From contig JBBRLX010000003.1 in NCBI GenBank assembly GCA_038231135.1, forward strand, positions 160,001-224,000: a stretch of 64,000 bases of DNA. Reading direction: 5' to 3'. Position 1 is the first letter of the stretch. The number at the start of each line of letters is the position of its first letter. Below, piece by piece: positions 50,997-62,429 of this stretch. The position numbers and the translations under genes are program-made. The notes below the pieces were generated by a model, which saw only the letters and a list, made by a program, of their open reading frames with translations, did no database searches and was not told where the DNA came from. Source of the stretch: Candidatus Eiseniibacteriota bacterium. GTDB taxonomy: Bacteria; Eisenbacteria; RBG-16-71-46.

Positions 50997-52490
50997 TCAA
51001 CGCGCGGGCGCCTGAGCCTCGCGGTCGATCCGGGCGAAGTCGATGAAGCCCTTCTCGACGTTGGTGTGGAGCAGCTTCACCTTCACCCGGTCGCCGACGT
51101 CGAGCCCCGTGGCATTGCGCTCCACGCGGCCTTCGACCGGCGGGTGGAAGATGCGCACCCACGTGCCCTTCTCGGATGCGCCGGTGACGACGCCGTCGAA
51201 CTTGTCGCCGATCCGGGAGCTCAGCAGGCACGCCGCCGCGGACTTGCGCACCTGGCGCTCCACTTTCTGCGCGTCGTCCTCCTTCTGCGTGCAGTGGGTG
51301 GCGAGCGCTTCGAGTTGATCGCGGCTGAGCGGCACCGGAGCGCCCGCCAGCGCGGCCTTGAGCAGCCGCTGCGTGATCAGGTCGGGATACCGGCGGTTGG
51401 GCGCCGTGGAATGCGTGTACTCCGTCACCGCCAGGCCGAAATGGCCGGTGATCGGCTCGCCCGGCAGGCTCGCCACGTACTCGCCGCTGCCCAGCAGCTT
51501 GATGATCGACAGCGACAGGTCGGGGAATCGCAGCGCATCCGCCGCACGGCGGCGCACCAGGAACTGGTGCAGCGCCACCGGGTCGGGTTTCTCGGGCAGC
51601 GAGTCGCCCAGCGCGACCGCGATGTCCACGATCCGCGGCCAGCGCGCCGGCGTGCGCACCACGCGGCGCAGCACCGGGAACTTGCGCTGCTCGAGGAACG
51701 CGGCGATCGTGCTGTTTGCCGCGATCATGAAGTCCTCGATCAGGTCGCGCGCCCGGTTGCGCCGCTCGGCCTCGAGCGTCGCCACGGCGTCGCCGTCGAA
51801 CGTCGCCTTCACCTCGAGCGATTCGAATTCCAGCGCGCCCAGGACATGCCGGCGCTCCTTGAGCTTCTGCGCCGCGCGGTCCTGGACCCGCAGGTTGTCG
51901 TCGAGACCCGGCACGGCAGTGAGCGCCGCCGGCGCCGCGCCCGTGCCTTCGAGCCAGGCTCCGACCGACGGATACGCCAGCTTGGCCTGGTTCCGCACCC
52001 GGGCCGGATACACCTCGGACGCCGTCACCTGGCCGTCCGGGCCGACCGTCATCTCCACCACCATCGCGAGCCGGTCGTCGTCCGGATTGAGTGACGTGAG
52101 GTCGGTGCTCAGCCGCTCGGGGAGCATCGGGAAGATCCGGGCCGGGGTGTAGATCGACGTGGTGTTCGCGACGGCGTGATCGTCGACCGCGGACCCCGGT
52201 TCGACGAGCGCGCTCACGTTCGCGATCGCGACGAGGATCCGCAGGGTATCGCCCTCCTGGGGCCGCGCGACCGTGAGCTGGTCGAGATCGCGCGAGTCGT
52301 CGTTGTCGATCGAGCACCACGGCAGGTCGCGCAGGTCACGGGCGGTGGCGCCGTCCGCGGGGTGGGCCGGCAACCGCTGGACCTCGGCCATCACGGCGGG
52401 GGTGAATTCGGGCTGGAAGCCGCGGTCGATCATCGCCTGCTTCGCGATGCGCTGCAGGATGCTGCGCTGGGAACTCTGATTCGGGCTCAT
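50997..52490 (-). CDS. RNB-domain exoribonuclease (RNase II/R family, short form with S1)
   Basis: SIDNDDSRDLDQ, TTSIY, PMLP..LS..SL, LIEDFMIAAN, HFGLAV..YTHSTAPNRRYPDL. Confidence 0.93.
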   Translation of the reverse strand: MSPNQSSQRSILQRIAKQAMIDRGFQPEFTPAVMAEVQRLPAHPADGATARDLRDLPWCSIDNDDSRDLDQLTVARPQEGDTLRILVAIANVSALVEPGSAVDDHAVANTTSIYTPARIFPMLPERLSTDLTSLNPDDDRLAMVVEMTVGPDGQVTASEVYPARVRNQAKLAYPSVGAWLEGTGAAPAALTAVPGLDDNLRVQDRAAQKLKERRHVLGALEFESLEVKATFDGDAVATLEAERRNRARDLIEDFMIAANSTIAAFLEQRKFPVLRRVVRTPARWPRIVDIAVALGDSLPEKPDPVALHQFLVRRRAADALRFPDLSLSIIKLLGSGEYVASLPGEPITGHFGLAVTEYTHSTAPNRRYPDLITQRLLKAALAGAPVPLSRDQLEALATHCTQKEDDAQKVERQVRKSAAACLLSSRIGDKFDGVVTGASEKGTWVRIFHPPVEGRVERNATGLDVGDRVKVKLLHTNVEKGFIDFARIDREAQAPAR

Positions 52491-52600
52491 GGTCGCACTC
52501 TACACGCGCCGCGCGCTCCGGACGAACGGCGGCGACGCTGCCGGCCGGCCGTGGAATCGTGACCCCGGGCGCACAGGTTCGCCCCGGATCCCCTGGGCCA

Positions 52601-53431
52601 TCAGTCCCGGGTGTTCACCCGCGGCGTGGGTGGCGGCTGCGGGTCGCAGGTTGTCGTGGTGTGCGCGAACGCCGGAGTCGTCGCACCGTCGGCACCCACG
52701 TTGGGCGCCATCGAACGCTTGAGCGCCGCGAGCGCCTCGTCGGGCTGGTCGACGAAGCAGAACAGGTTCAGATCCTCGGCGGCGATCATGCCGTGACGCA
52801 CGAACGCGTCGAAGTTCAGGATCTCGCGCCAGTACTCCGACCCGTACAGCAGGATCGCAATCGGCGGCGTCAGCTTGCGCGTCTGCGACAGCGTGAGCAG
52901 CTCGAACACCTCGTCCATCGTGCCGAATCCGCCGGGGAACGCGACGATCGCGCGGGCCAGATGCGCGAACCACAGCTTGCGCATGAAGAAGTAGTGGAAC
53001 TCGAACGACAGCCCGGGCGTGATGTAGGGGTTCGGCCGCTGCTCGTGCGGGAGCCCGATGTTGAGCCCGATCGTGCGGCCGCCGGCGTCGAGCGCCCCGC
53101 GGTTCGCGGCCTCCATGATGCCCGGGCCGCCGCCGGTGCAGACCAGGAACCGTTTCGCCGGCGCGGGCAGGGTCGCGGACCATTCGGTGAGCAGCCGCGC
53201 CAGCTCGCGGGCGTCGCGATAGTAGCGGGCGAGCGGGCCATCCTCGCTCAGCCGGGCGGAGCCGAAGAACACCACCGTCTCGCGCACCCGCTGGCGCCGG
53301 AACGCCTGCATGGGCTGCAGGTATTCGGCGAGGATCCGCAGCGGGCGGCCGTCGTCGCTGTCGAGGAACGCCGCATCGTGATAGGCGAGGGGCGGATTCG
53401 AGGGGTCGCCGGGCGGCTGGGGATCGCTCAT
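52601..53431 (-). CDS. LOG family protein (TIGR00730-like, long type)
   Basis: VFFGSAR, TGGGPGIMEAANRG, LPHEQRPNPY, FHYFFMRK, PGGFGTMDE. Confidence 0.92.
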   Translation of the reverse strand: MSDPQPPGDPSNPPLAYHDAAFLDSDDGRPLRILAEYLQPMQAFRRQRVRETVVFFGSARLSEDGPLARYYRDARELARLLTEWSATLPAPAKRFLVCTGGGPGIMEAANRGALDAGGRTIGLNIGLPHEQRPNPYITPGLSFEFHYFFMRKLWFAHLARAIVAFPGGFGTMDEVFELLTLSQTRKLTPPIAILLYGSEYWREILNFDAFVRHGMIAAEDLNLFCFVDQPDEALAALKRSMAPNVGADGATTPAFAHTTTTCDPQPPPTPRVNTRD

Positions 53432-53531
53432 CGCGCCAGCCTATCATGGGCGGCCGCCGAAATCGCTCCGCCCGAGGCGGCCACGCGGGCGAACGTCGAG
53501 GCGGTCATGGCGGTTCGACCGTCGCCGCCGG

Positions 53532-56018
53532 TCAGTGCGCGGGTGCGACCGCCGCGGCCGGCGCCAGCACCTGCTCCGACTCCTTCACACGCTCGATGCG
53601 CCGCCAGTCGGTGAGGAACGGAACGTAGGCGTGGTTCGCCCAGTCCGATTCGCGATCGACGGCGTGCCGGCTCCCCGGGTCGCCGGAATTACCCGGCGTG
53701 ATGATGCCGTAGGACACCCCGGGCTGCGCGAGATCGACGACGTGACGGAACACCGGCCCGTGCCCGAACCGATTCGTCCACGGCAGCGACGACGCACCGA
53801 CGCACACCGTGCTGTTGTCGCCGTCGGCGCCGATCAGCGGCGGCTCGAACGCGGGGTCGAGGCCCTGGAGCGGGTGGCGGAACCGTGCGCGGTGGGCGCG
53901 GCCCCATTGCCAGTCCGCGATGGACGGACCCAGCATGGGTTCCAGCCGCGCCAGCGCGGTGTCGAGCGCCGCCGCCACCGCGCGCGCCGGCCGTTCGAGG
54001 TGCCCACCCTCGTCCAGCAGCGCTTCGGGCGCCCGGCCATCGAGCGCCGCCATCGTCCGTCCGGGGAGGCCCAGCAGGTGCGAGCGGCGCTGCAGTGCGC
54101 CGTACCACGCGCGGTACAGGGTGGGCGCCACGCGGTCGCGCCGCACGGTCCCGTCCCACGCGCGCAGCGTGTCGAGCGCCGCACGCACCCGGGCCCGGGG
54201 CGGCACGCCGAGCGAGTCAAGATCGCGCAGCAGCCGGGGCACGAACCGCTGCGCCCCGAGCGACACGACGTCGTTCTGCACGCTCGCGAGATCGTCGAGC
54301 GTGATGTGAGGGTCGCCGGCGAGCCGCGTGTCGATCCGTCGTGCGCGGTCGTGGGCCCAGTCATAGCGCGGCCAGTCCGGGGCGCCGGGCGTGCGTACCG
54401 GCAGGTTGTTCGAGTTCACGACGAAGCCGGTGGCGGGCGCCTCCCACGCGGGCATCGCGGCGGGCGCGATGAATCCGCTCCATTCGTGCCGCCCGTCGCC
54501 GGGCAGCACGCCGCGCGCCGCCGGAAACCGCCGGAGCGGCACCCGGCCCACGGCCTGGTAGCGCACGTGGCCGTCGACGTCGGCGGCCACCACGTTGAGG
54601 CCCGGGGTCACCTGATCGAGGTAGCGGGCCGTCAACTCCGCCGCGGATCCCGACCGCTCGAGGCCGATCAGCCTCGCGAGCGAGATCGCCGCGTCGTCGC
54701 AGGCCCATCGCACCGCGAGTGCCAGGTGATGGTGCGGGTCGTACACCAGCACGGGCCCGTGGGGCGTGTAGCGGCGGGTCTGGCCGAACAACGGCACCGT
54801 GAACCCCCCCGGCAGCGTCAGCCGCATCGAGAACGGCGCGGTGCGCACCGGCGCCCAGCCGCCGTTCCAGCGCACGCGCCGGCCGTCCTGGGACAGTGTG
54901 TCCGCATACACGTCCACCACGTCCGCCCCCAACGCGGTGATGCCCCACGCCACGCGGGCATTGCGTCCGCTGACGACCACGGGCACGCCGGGCAGCGCGG
55001 CGCCGATCGCGTCGACGCCGCCCGCGAGCGACACATGGACGACGTGGAGCGGGTCCGGTGATTCGAGCACCAGGTGGGGATCGTTTGCGAGCATCGGCCT
55101 GCCGCTCACACTGCGGCGGGCGCCGACCGCGAACACGTTGCTCGCGCGCAGCTCGGGATCGTCGGTCGCCGGCGAGCGCCACACGCCGAGCGCCCGGCGG
55201 GCTCGCTCAGCCCAGTCGCCGGCCGCGAGCGTGGCGGGACTCGTGCGCGTCCCGGCGGTCGCGGGTGCCGGACCACCGGCGGCGTTCGAGGCGCCGGCGG
55301 CGGCCGGCGGACCGGCGCCGTCGGGAATCGTGCGGTAGGTGAGCGTGTTCTCGAATCGATAGCACGAGTCCACCCAGGCGCGGCCATGCCGTGCGATCGC
55401 GTCGCTCTCCTCGAGCTCCGGAGTCGCGAAATCGAGCACCAGGCCCTGCGACAGGATCATGAGATAGGTGTCCTCGGGCGACCATGGATCGGCGGTCTTC
55501 CCGAGCCGGGTGAACTCGCGCGGCCACGGACGGAGACCGCGCCGGCACTCGTCGATGTAGGCGTTCACGCCGGCCGCGTAGCACTCGAGCGCCGACCGCA
55601 CCGCGGGCTGCTGGCGGTCACGTTCCCAGATGCGGTGGGCGCGGGCGGCCAGCTCGAACAGCTGGGCGCCGCCGTCGTCGTGAAGCTTCGCATTGCCGAG
55701 CCACTGCCACAGCTCGCCGCGCGCGGCGCGGCGGTCGTACTCGAGCTGCCACAGGCGGTCGCGGGCCGTGACCCAGCCCCAGCCGTAGTAGAGGTCGTCC
55801 AGCGTCGATGCGCGCACGTGGGGAATACCCCAGCGATCGGTGACGATCCGCACCGGTTGAGCGGGCCCGGCGGGGGCGGGCTGGGCCGCGGCGGCCAGGC
55901 TGCCGGCTTGCGGCGCCGCGGCCGAGACGGGAGCCCCGGGAAGCGCGCCGAGCACCAGCGCGAGCGCCGCGAGTTTCGCAAGGGCCAGGGCGGGCAGCGC
56001 GGCGGCGGGTCGAGTCAT
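53532..56018 (-). CDS. Penicillin acylase family Ntn-hydrolase (exported)
   Basis: Signal peptide; DRWGIPHV, ARDRLWQL, A|SNVFAVG nucleophile, LANDPHL, NSNN, WQWGRAH, PGNSGDP. Confidence 0.92.
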   Translation of the reverse strand: MTRPAAALPALALAKLAALALVLGALPGAPVSAAAPQAGSLAAAAQPAPAGPAQPVRIVTDRWGIPHVRASTLDDLYYGWGWVTARDRLWQLEYDRRAARGELWQWLGNAKLHDDGGAQLFELAARAHRIWERDRQQPAVRSALECYAAGVNAYIDECRRGLRPWPREFTRLGKTADPWSPEDTYLMILSQGLVLDFATPELEESDAIARHGRAWVDSCYRFENTLTYRTIPDGAGPPAAAGASNAAGGPAPATAGTRTSPATLAAGDWAERARRALGVWRSPATDDPELRASNVFAVGARRSVSGRPMLANDPHLVLESPDPLHVVHVSLAGGVDAIGAALPGVPVVVSGRNARVAWGITALGADVVDVYADTLSQDGRRVRWNGGWAPVRTAPFSMRLTLPGGFTVPLFGQTRRYTPHGPVLVYDPHHHLALAVRWACDDAAISLARLIGLERSGSAAELTARYLDQVTPGLNVVAADVDGHVRYQAVGRVPLRRFPAARGVLPGDGRHEWSGFIAPAAMPAWEAPATGFVVNSNNLPVRTPGAPDWPRYDWAHDRARRIDTRLAGDPHITLDDLASVQNDVVSLGAQRFVPRLLRDLDSLGVPPRARVRAALDTLRAWDGTVRRDRVAPTLYRAWYGALQRRSHLLGLPGRTMAALDGRAPEALLDEGGHLERPARAVAAALDTALARLEPMLGPSIADWQWGRAHRARFRHPLQGLDPAFEPPLIGADGDNSTVCVGASSLPWTNRFGHGPVFRHVVDLAQPGVSYGIITPGNSGDPGSRHAVDRESDWANHAYVPFLTDWRRIERVKESEQVLAPAAAVAPAH

Positions 56019-56155
56019 GGCCGACACTGTGCCATCATCCCCGTCGCGGGGTCGAGCCGGTGGTGAGGCAGCGGCGGCCCCGTGTTCGCGACGGCCTTGG
56101 AAGGGAATGCGCATGGGGCAACGCCGCACGGTGAGGCCGGAAGCTGCGCTGCGTC

Positions 56156-57493
<1,338 letters not shown>

Positions 57494-57649
57494 GGGCCGG
57501 ACGATAGCATGCGCCGCTCCTTGACCGCGACCGGCGCGCCCGCGCACTATTCGATCCTCAGTCTCTCCGGCCGTTCGAGGCTCCCCGATCCCGCGCGGCC
57601 CCGGCGGCCTGGCCCAGAACTCGCGTTCCGCAGCCGTTCCGGAGGTTTC

Positions 57650-58021
57650 GTGCCGACCGAGCCGTCACGGGAACTGGTGACGTTCCCCAATCCCAATATC
57701 GGACGCGACTACGTGATCCGGCACCGCTGCCCGGAATACACTGCCGTGTGCCCCGTGACCGGTCAGCCCGACTTCGGGGAGATCGTCGTGGTGTACGTGC
57801 CCGACCGGCTGTGCATCGAGCTCAAGTCGCTCAAGCTCTACCTGTGGTCGTTCCGGAACGAGGGCCATTTCTTCGAGCAGGTGACCAACCAGATCCTCGA
57901 CGACCTGGTGACGGCGATCCGGCCGCGGCGCATGTCGGTGATCGGCAGGTTCAACGTGCGCGGCGGCATCGCCACCACCGTCGTCGCGCGCCACAATCCC
58001 GAGCGCGCCGCCGCGGTCTGA
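57650..58021 (+). CDS. queF: NADPH-dependent 7-cyano-7-deazaguanine reductase (short, type I)
   Basis: GGAGG RBS plus [41 protein letters not shown]. Confidence 0.95.
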   Translation: MPTEPSRELVTFPNPNIGRDYVIRHRCPEYTAVCPVTGQPDFGEIVVVYVPDRLCIELKSLKLYLWSFRNEGHFFEQVTNQILDDLVTAIRPRRMSVIGRFNVRGGIATTVVARHNPERAAAV

Positions 58022-58061
58022 GGGCCAGGGAGCACTCAGACCGCATCCACGCACGAGGCCG

Positions 58062-60353
58062 ATGAACACTCAGCTGGCGCTCAGCACGCTCAACCTGGGG
58101 CTCGGGGGACTGGTGTTCCTCCTCGGGCTCGTGATTCTGCGCGAGAACCCGCATCAGCGCGTGAACCGGCTGGTGGCGATGATGCTGTTCTTCGGCGGGT
58201 TCGGCGCCGTGCTCGCCGGGCTCACGTTCCTGCCGGGCCAGTCCGCCCGCGGAACGGTGCCCGACCTTTACCAGAACATGTCCTACGTGTGGGAGTTCTT
58301 CTTCCCCACGCTGTTCGCGTTCGCGAGCGTGTTCCCCGACGAGCGGTCGTTCACCCGCATACCCGAGCTGCGTGCCGGCGGCCGGCGCATCCCCACGCCC
58401 GGGTTCGCGACCCTGGTGTTCGCGCCCTATGTGTTCCACTTCCTGCTGATGGTCGTGATCACCTTCTGGAAGCCGCACATGGCGTTGCCGGCGAGCGGAC
58501 CGCTGCACCTGCTGTCGCCGCTGCTGCAGGTGGCCGGCGTGTTCGGCGGCCTGTTCCTGGTGTTCCACCAGGCGCTGTTCTCGCTCGTGAACCTGGGCGT
58601 CGGGCTCGGCACCATCGCGCTGCTGTTCAGCAGCTGGCGGCGCGCGAAGGTGCCGCGGCTGCGCCGCCAGCTGAGCGCGATTGCGATCGGCATGAGCGCG
58701 TCACTGGTGTGCTACAGCGTGTCGACGCTGGTGCCCGGCCTGTTCAACTTCCGCGTTCCCGACACCTGGCGTTCGCTGCTGACGGTGGTCGCGCTCACGC
58801 TCGGGCCCGGCTCGATCGCGTACTCGATCGTGCGCTACAAGTTCCTCGACACCAAGCTGCTGGCGCGGCGGGGCATCCTGTACGCGCTCGCATCGGGCGT
58901 GCTCGTCGGCCTCTATCTGCTGGTGGTGGGCCGCCTCAACCATTACCTGAGTGCGTTCACCGGGCGCGAGTCGAAGGTGCTCGAGCCGGTGTTCCTGATC
59001 CTCGCGCTCGCGCTGTTCCAGCCGGCGATCGCGCGGCTCGAGGAGCTGCTGGACCAGGTGTTCCTCCGCGATCCGTCGGATTATCGCAACGTGCTGCGCC
59101 ACCTGGGGCGCGAGCTCCAGACCACGATCGACCTCGAGGTGCTGCTGACCCGCACGATCGACACGGTGGCGGAGACGCTGATCCTCGAGCACGCCCACAT
59201 CGTGGCGCTGTCGCCGCGCGGCATGGTGGCGCACACCGGCGCCGGGCCGCCGCTGTCGGGCGCGGCGCACGTGATGCTCGGCCGGCTGCTGCCCAAGGTG
59301 TCGACGCGTCAGAGCAGCTACCGGCTCGTCGAGCGCGTCGAGGGATTGTCGCGTGACGAGCAGACAGAGCTGGTGGGCGGTCTCGACCTGAGCCTGCTGG
59401 TGCCGCTCCAGTGGCGGGGCGATCTCGTGGGTGCGCTGCTGCTCGGCGACAAGGTGCTCGGCACCGACTTCACCGCCGAGGACGTGAACCTGCTGACGGC
59501 GCTCGCCGGCCAGGTGTCGGTGTCGCTGCAGAACGCGCTGCTGCTGCGCGACCGCGTCGCCGTGGCGCGGTTCGAGGAGGAGCTCAATCTCGCGCGGCAG
59601 ATCCAGCGCCGCTCGCTGCTGTCGGAGTTCCCGCCGATGCCGCGCAGCGAGGTGCACGCGATCTACATCCCGTCGAAGCACGTGGGTGGCGACTTCTACG
59701 ACGTGGTGCCGACCCAGGACGGCGCGTTCCTCGTCGCGATCGCGGACGTGTCGGGCAAGGGCGTGCCGGCGGCGCTGCTGTCGGCGATGCTGCAGGCCGC
59801 GCTGCGCACCCAGGCCGGCAGCGAGACGTCGGTGGCGGCGATCCTGCGCAACATCAACGCGCTGCTCTACCGCAGCACCTCGCTGCACCAGTTCGCCACG
59901 TTCTTCCTCGCGCGCATCGACGGGCGTTCACTGCACATGACGTTCTGCAACGCCGGCCACAACTGGCCGCTGGTGCTGCGCCGCGACGGCCGGCGCGAAT
60001 TCCTCGAGCGCGGCAGCACGATCCTCGGCATCCTCGAGCACCTGGACATCGAGGAGGGCAGCATCGACCTGTCGCCGGGCGACGTGGTCGTGCTCTATAC
60101 CGATGGCGTCAGCGAGGCGACGAACTCCAACAACGAGCAGTTCAGCGATCCCCGGGTGTGCGATTGCGTGGCGGCGCTGCCGCGGACGCTGACGGCTCGG
60201 GGGGTGGCGGAGGGGGTGCTGGGGGAACTGCGGGAGTTCCTGGGCTCCGTGGAACCGCAGGACGACATTACGCTGCTGGTGTTGCGGGTCCTGGAGCCGG
60301 TGCCGTCGGTCGCGGTGCTCGAGCCGGTGCCGGAGATCGCGGCGTCTCTTTAG
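58062..60353 (+). CDS. Multi-TM sensor-GAF-PP2C/SpoIIE phosphatase
   Basis: About 9 hydrophobic segments, YSIVRYKFLD, GAF (LLVPL..GALLLGDK..FTAEDVNLL), EELNLARQIQ, GGDFYD, ADVSGKG, NAGHN, YTDGVSEA, DDIT. Confidence 0.92.
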   Translation: MNTQLALSTLNLGLGGLVFLLGLVILRENPHQRVNRLVAMMLFFGGFGAVLAGLTFLPGQSARGTVPDLYQNMSYVWEFFFPTLFAFASVFPDERSFTRIPELRAGGRRIPTPGFATLVFAPYVFHFLLMVVITFWKPHMALPASGPLHLLSPLLQVAGVFGGLFLVFHQALFSLVNLGVGLGTIALLFSSWRRAKVPRLRRQLSAIAIGMSASLVCYSVSTLVPGLFNFRVPDTWRSLLTVVALTLGPGSIAYSIVRYKFLDTKLLARRGILYALASGVLVGLYLLVVGRLNHYLSAFTGRESKVLEPVFLILALALFQPAIARLEELLDQVFLRDPSDYRNVLRHLGRELQTTIDLEVLLTRTIDTVAETLILEHAHIVALSPRGMVAHTGAGPPLSGAAHVMLGRLLPKVSTRQSSYRLVERVEGLSRDEQTELVGGLDLSLLVPLQWRGDLVGALLLGDKVLGTDFTAEDVNLLTALAGQVSVSLQNALLLRDRVAVARFEEELNLARQIQRRSLLSEFPPMPRSEVHAIYIPSKHVGGDFYDVVPTQDGAFLVAIADVSGKGVPAALLSAMLQAALRTQAGSETSVAAILRNINALLYRSTSLHQFATFFLARIDGRSLHMTFCNAGHNWPLVLRRDGRREFLERGSTILGILEHLDIEEGSIDLSPGDVVVLYTDGVSEATNSNNEQFSDPRVCDCVAALPRTLTARGVAEGVLGELREFLGSVEPQDDITLLVLRVLEPVPSVAVLEPVPEIAASL

Positions 60354-60428
60354 CCCTCCCGGTAACAACGTAACAGGCATCGCCGGCACCGCCCGCTCGA
60401 TGGGAACGTCCACTTGCGCCCACATTGG

Positions 60429-60463
60429 CCATCACAGGCGAATCCCATCACAAATGAATCCCA
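60429..60463. repeat. Imperfect 16-bp tandem repeat
   Basis: CCATCACAGGCGAATC / CCATCACAAATGAATC / CCA in the convergent intergenic gap. Confidence 0.55.
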
Positions 60464-60502
60464 GGACCGACCTGCGTGGGTGGCCATGATGGGCTCCTCG
60501 TG

Positions 60503-61036
60503 TCAGCGCGACTCAGGTTGTGACTCAGCCCATTGCAGGGCGCGGGATTCCTCGGGGATGCGGATCGACATGGCGACGGCGTTGAAGACGGAGAACGCGA
60601 TGGCGGTGCGCCAGGCGCCGAACATCAGGGGGCCGGCGAGGAGTTCGGCGGCGACCGCGAGGTAGTTGGGATGGGGGAGGAAGCGATACGGGCCGCGGCG
60701 GATGGGATGGGCGCCGGGGACGACACGGATGTGGACGTTCCAGAATACGCCGAGGCTGCGGATCGCCCAGACGCGCAGCGCCTGGGATGCGAGCCACACC
60801 GCGAGCCATGCGGGCCATGCGGCGGGCGGGGCGACGTCCCGGCGGAGCGCTTCGAGCATCAGCGCCAGGGGATAGAGCGTGTGCAGCGCCACGAACAGCG
60901 GAAAGTGCCCACGGCCGAACTCGCGCGGGTGGCGGCCGGCCAGCGCCCGGGCATGACGCGCCGAAATCACCAGCTCGGTCACCCGCTGGGCGACGAGCGC
61001 GACGAGGAACGCGCCGAGCGCCACCCGCGAATTCAT
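60503..61036 (-). CDS. Isoprenylcysteine carboxyl methyltransferase family protein (BpsB/SrsB-like)
   Basis: QRVTEL..S.RH, EFGRGHF, LRVWAIRSLG..WN, GPYRFLPHPNY, RIPEE; 4-nt overlap with the PKS gene. Confidence 0.9.
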   Translation of the reverse strand: MNSRVALGAFLVALVAQRVTELVISARHARALAGRHPREFGRGHFPLFVALHTLYPLALMLEALRRDVAPPAAWPAWLAVWLASQALRVWAIRSLGVFWNVHIRVVPGAHPIRRGPYRFLPHPNYLAVAAELLAGPLMFGAWRTAIAFSVFNAVAMSIRIPEESRALQWAESQPESR

Positions 61037-62196
61037 GCTTTGGGATCCACCCGGTCGGCGGCCTGCAGCAGCACGTATTCCGACGCGAAGCCCGGTCCGA
61101 GCGCGGCGACGAGCGCCGTGTCTCCGGCATGGACGTCACCAGCGGCGAGCGTGGCCTCGAGCACGAACAGGCACGTCGGCGACGACATGTTGCCGCAGCG
61201 TTCCAGCACCGCCTGCGAGTGGCGCAGGCGCGCCGGTTCGAATGCCAGCGCGTCGGCGTAGGCTTCGATCACCTTGGGGCCGCCGGGATGGGCGACGAAG
61301 TGGTCGAGATCCGCGAGCGTGCGGCCATGCGCTGCGAGGAACTCCTCGATGTCGGCGCGGATGCACTGTCGCACGAACGCGGGGATGTCGCGCGAAAACA
61401 CCACGTGGAGTCCCTGGGCGTCGACGGTCCAACCCATGATGTCGAGCGTGCCGGGCCACAGCGTGCTCGAGCTCGCCAGCACGTCGAGCGCCACGCCGCC
61501 CGTGCCCTCCGCGTTCCGGGGCGGCCGGCGGCCCGGCGCCGTCACGACCGCCGCGGCCGCGCCGTCCGAGAACAGCGCGGTGGCGACGATGTTACGCGCG
61601 TCGCTGTCGCCGGGCTGGAACGCCAGCGTGCACAGCTCGAGCGCGATCATCAGCACGACGGCGTTCGGATCCGAGCGCGCGAACTCCGCGGCACGCGCCA
61701 GCCCGGCGGCGGCGCCGGCGCAGCCGAGGCCCCAGATCGGCACCCGCCGCACGTGGCTCGCGAAACCCGCGGCGGCGGCCAGCCGGGCATCGATGCTCGG
61801 CGTCGCGATGCCGGTGGAGGACACGAACAGCAGATGCGTCACGTCGGCCGCGCCATACCCGGAGCGCTCCAGCGCGCGTTCAGCGGCGTCGCGGGCGAGG
61901 ATCAGCGCCTGGTCGACGTAGGCGGCGCTGGTCTCGCCGAAATCGTGAGGCGTGCGATACCAGTCGAGCGGCATGCAGGTGCGGCGCGAGACGATGCCGC
62001 TGCGGTCGAACACCGCGAGCAGCCGCGACGTGTCGCCCCGCACCACGCGTTCGAACATCTCGGCGACGAATGCCCGCGCCTGCGGCTGCGACACGGTATG
62101 CGGCGGCAGCGCCGTGGCGACGGCGGCGAGGCGCGCGGAGCGGGGCGTGGCGGATGCTTTCGAGCGGCGGGTCGGAGCCGCCGTAGTGAGGTGCAT
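61033..62196 (-). CDS. Type III polyketide synthase (BpsA/SrsA-like)
   Basis: Catalytic triad GLGCAG (Cys), HPGGPKV (His), GNMSSP (Asn); SSTGIATPS, ELCTL, ALFSDG, LGPGF. Start chosen at MHLTT; the ORF is open to 62316. Confidence 0.93.
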   Translation of the reverse strand: MHLTTAAPTRRSKASATPRSARLAAVATALPPHTVSQPQARAFVAEMFERVVRGDTSRLLAVFDRSGIVSRRTCMPLDWYRTPHDFGETSAAYVDQALILARDAAERALERSGYGAADVTHLLFVSSTGIATPSIDARLAAAAGFASHVRRVPIWGLGCAGAAAGLARAAEFARSDPNAVVLMIALELCTLAFQPGDSDARNIVATALFSDGAAAAVVTAPGRRPPRNAEGTGGVALDVLASSSTLWPGTLDIMGWTVDAQGLHVVFSRDIPAFVRQCIRADIEEFLAAHGRTLADLDHFVAHPGGPKVIEAYADALAFEPARLRHSQAVLERCGNMSSPTCLFVLEATLAAGDVHAGDTALVAALGPGFASEYVLLQAADRVDPKA

Positions 62197-62429
62197 GATG
62201 CTCCCAGGGCCGGCCTGCGGGAATTCCCAACGAGATCCGGGTCCAAGGGGGAGCTCGAGACCCGCAAGATCAGGATACCAGTCTCCTGCGGCCCGCCGAT
62301 AATTGGCGGGTGTCATGCCGCGGGGGGATCATGGGGGAGGCGGCCACCGACCGCCGGCGAACTTCCCGCGGTCGAGGGCGGCGACCGGGCGCCGGGCTCA
62401 GGTCGCAAGCAACTTCGCCGGCAGTCCGC

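Noticed and set aside
52520..52530. Single LytTR-like half site (GACGAACGG) upstream of the RNB gene
   Set aside because: No partner repeat 21 bp away and wrong distance from the -10.
57494..57649. Possible preQ1 riboswitch upstream of queF
   Set aside because: No preQ1-I hallmark (short stem with A-rich 3' tail) is visible; the gap looks like divergent promoters.
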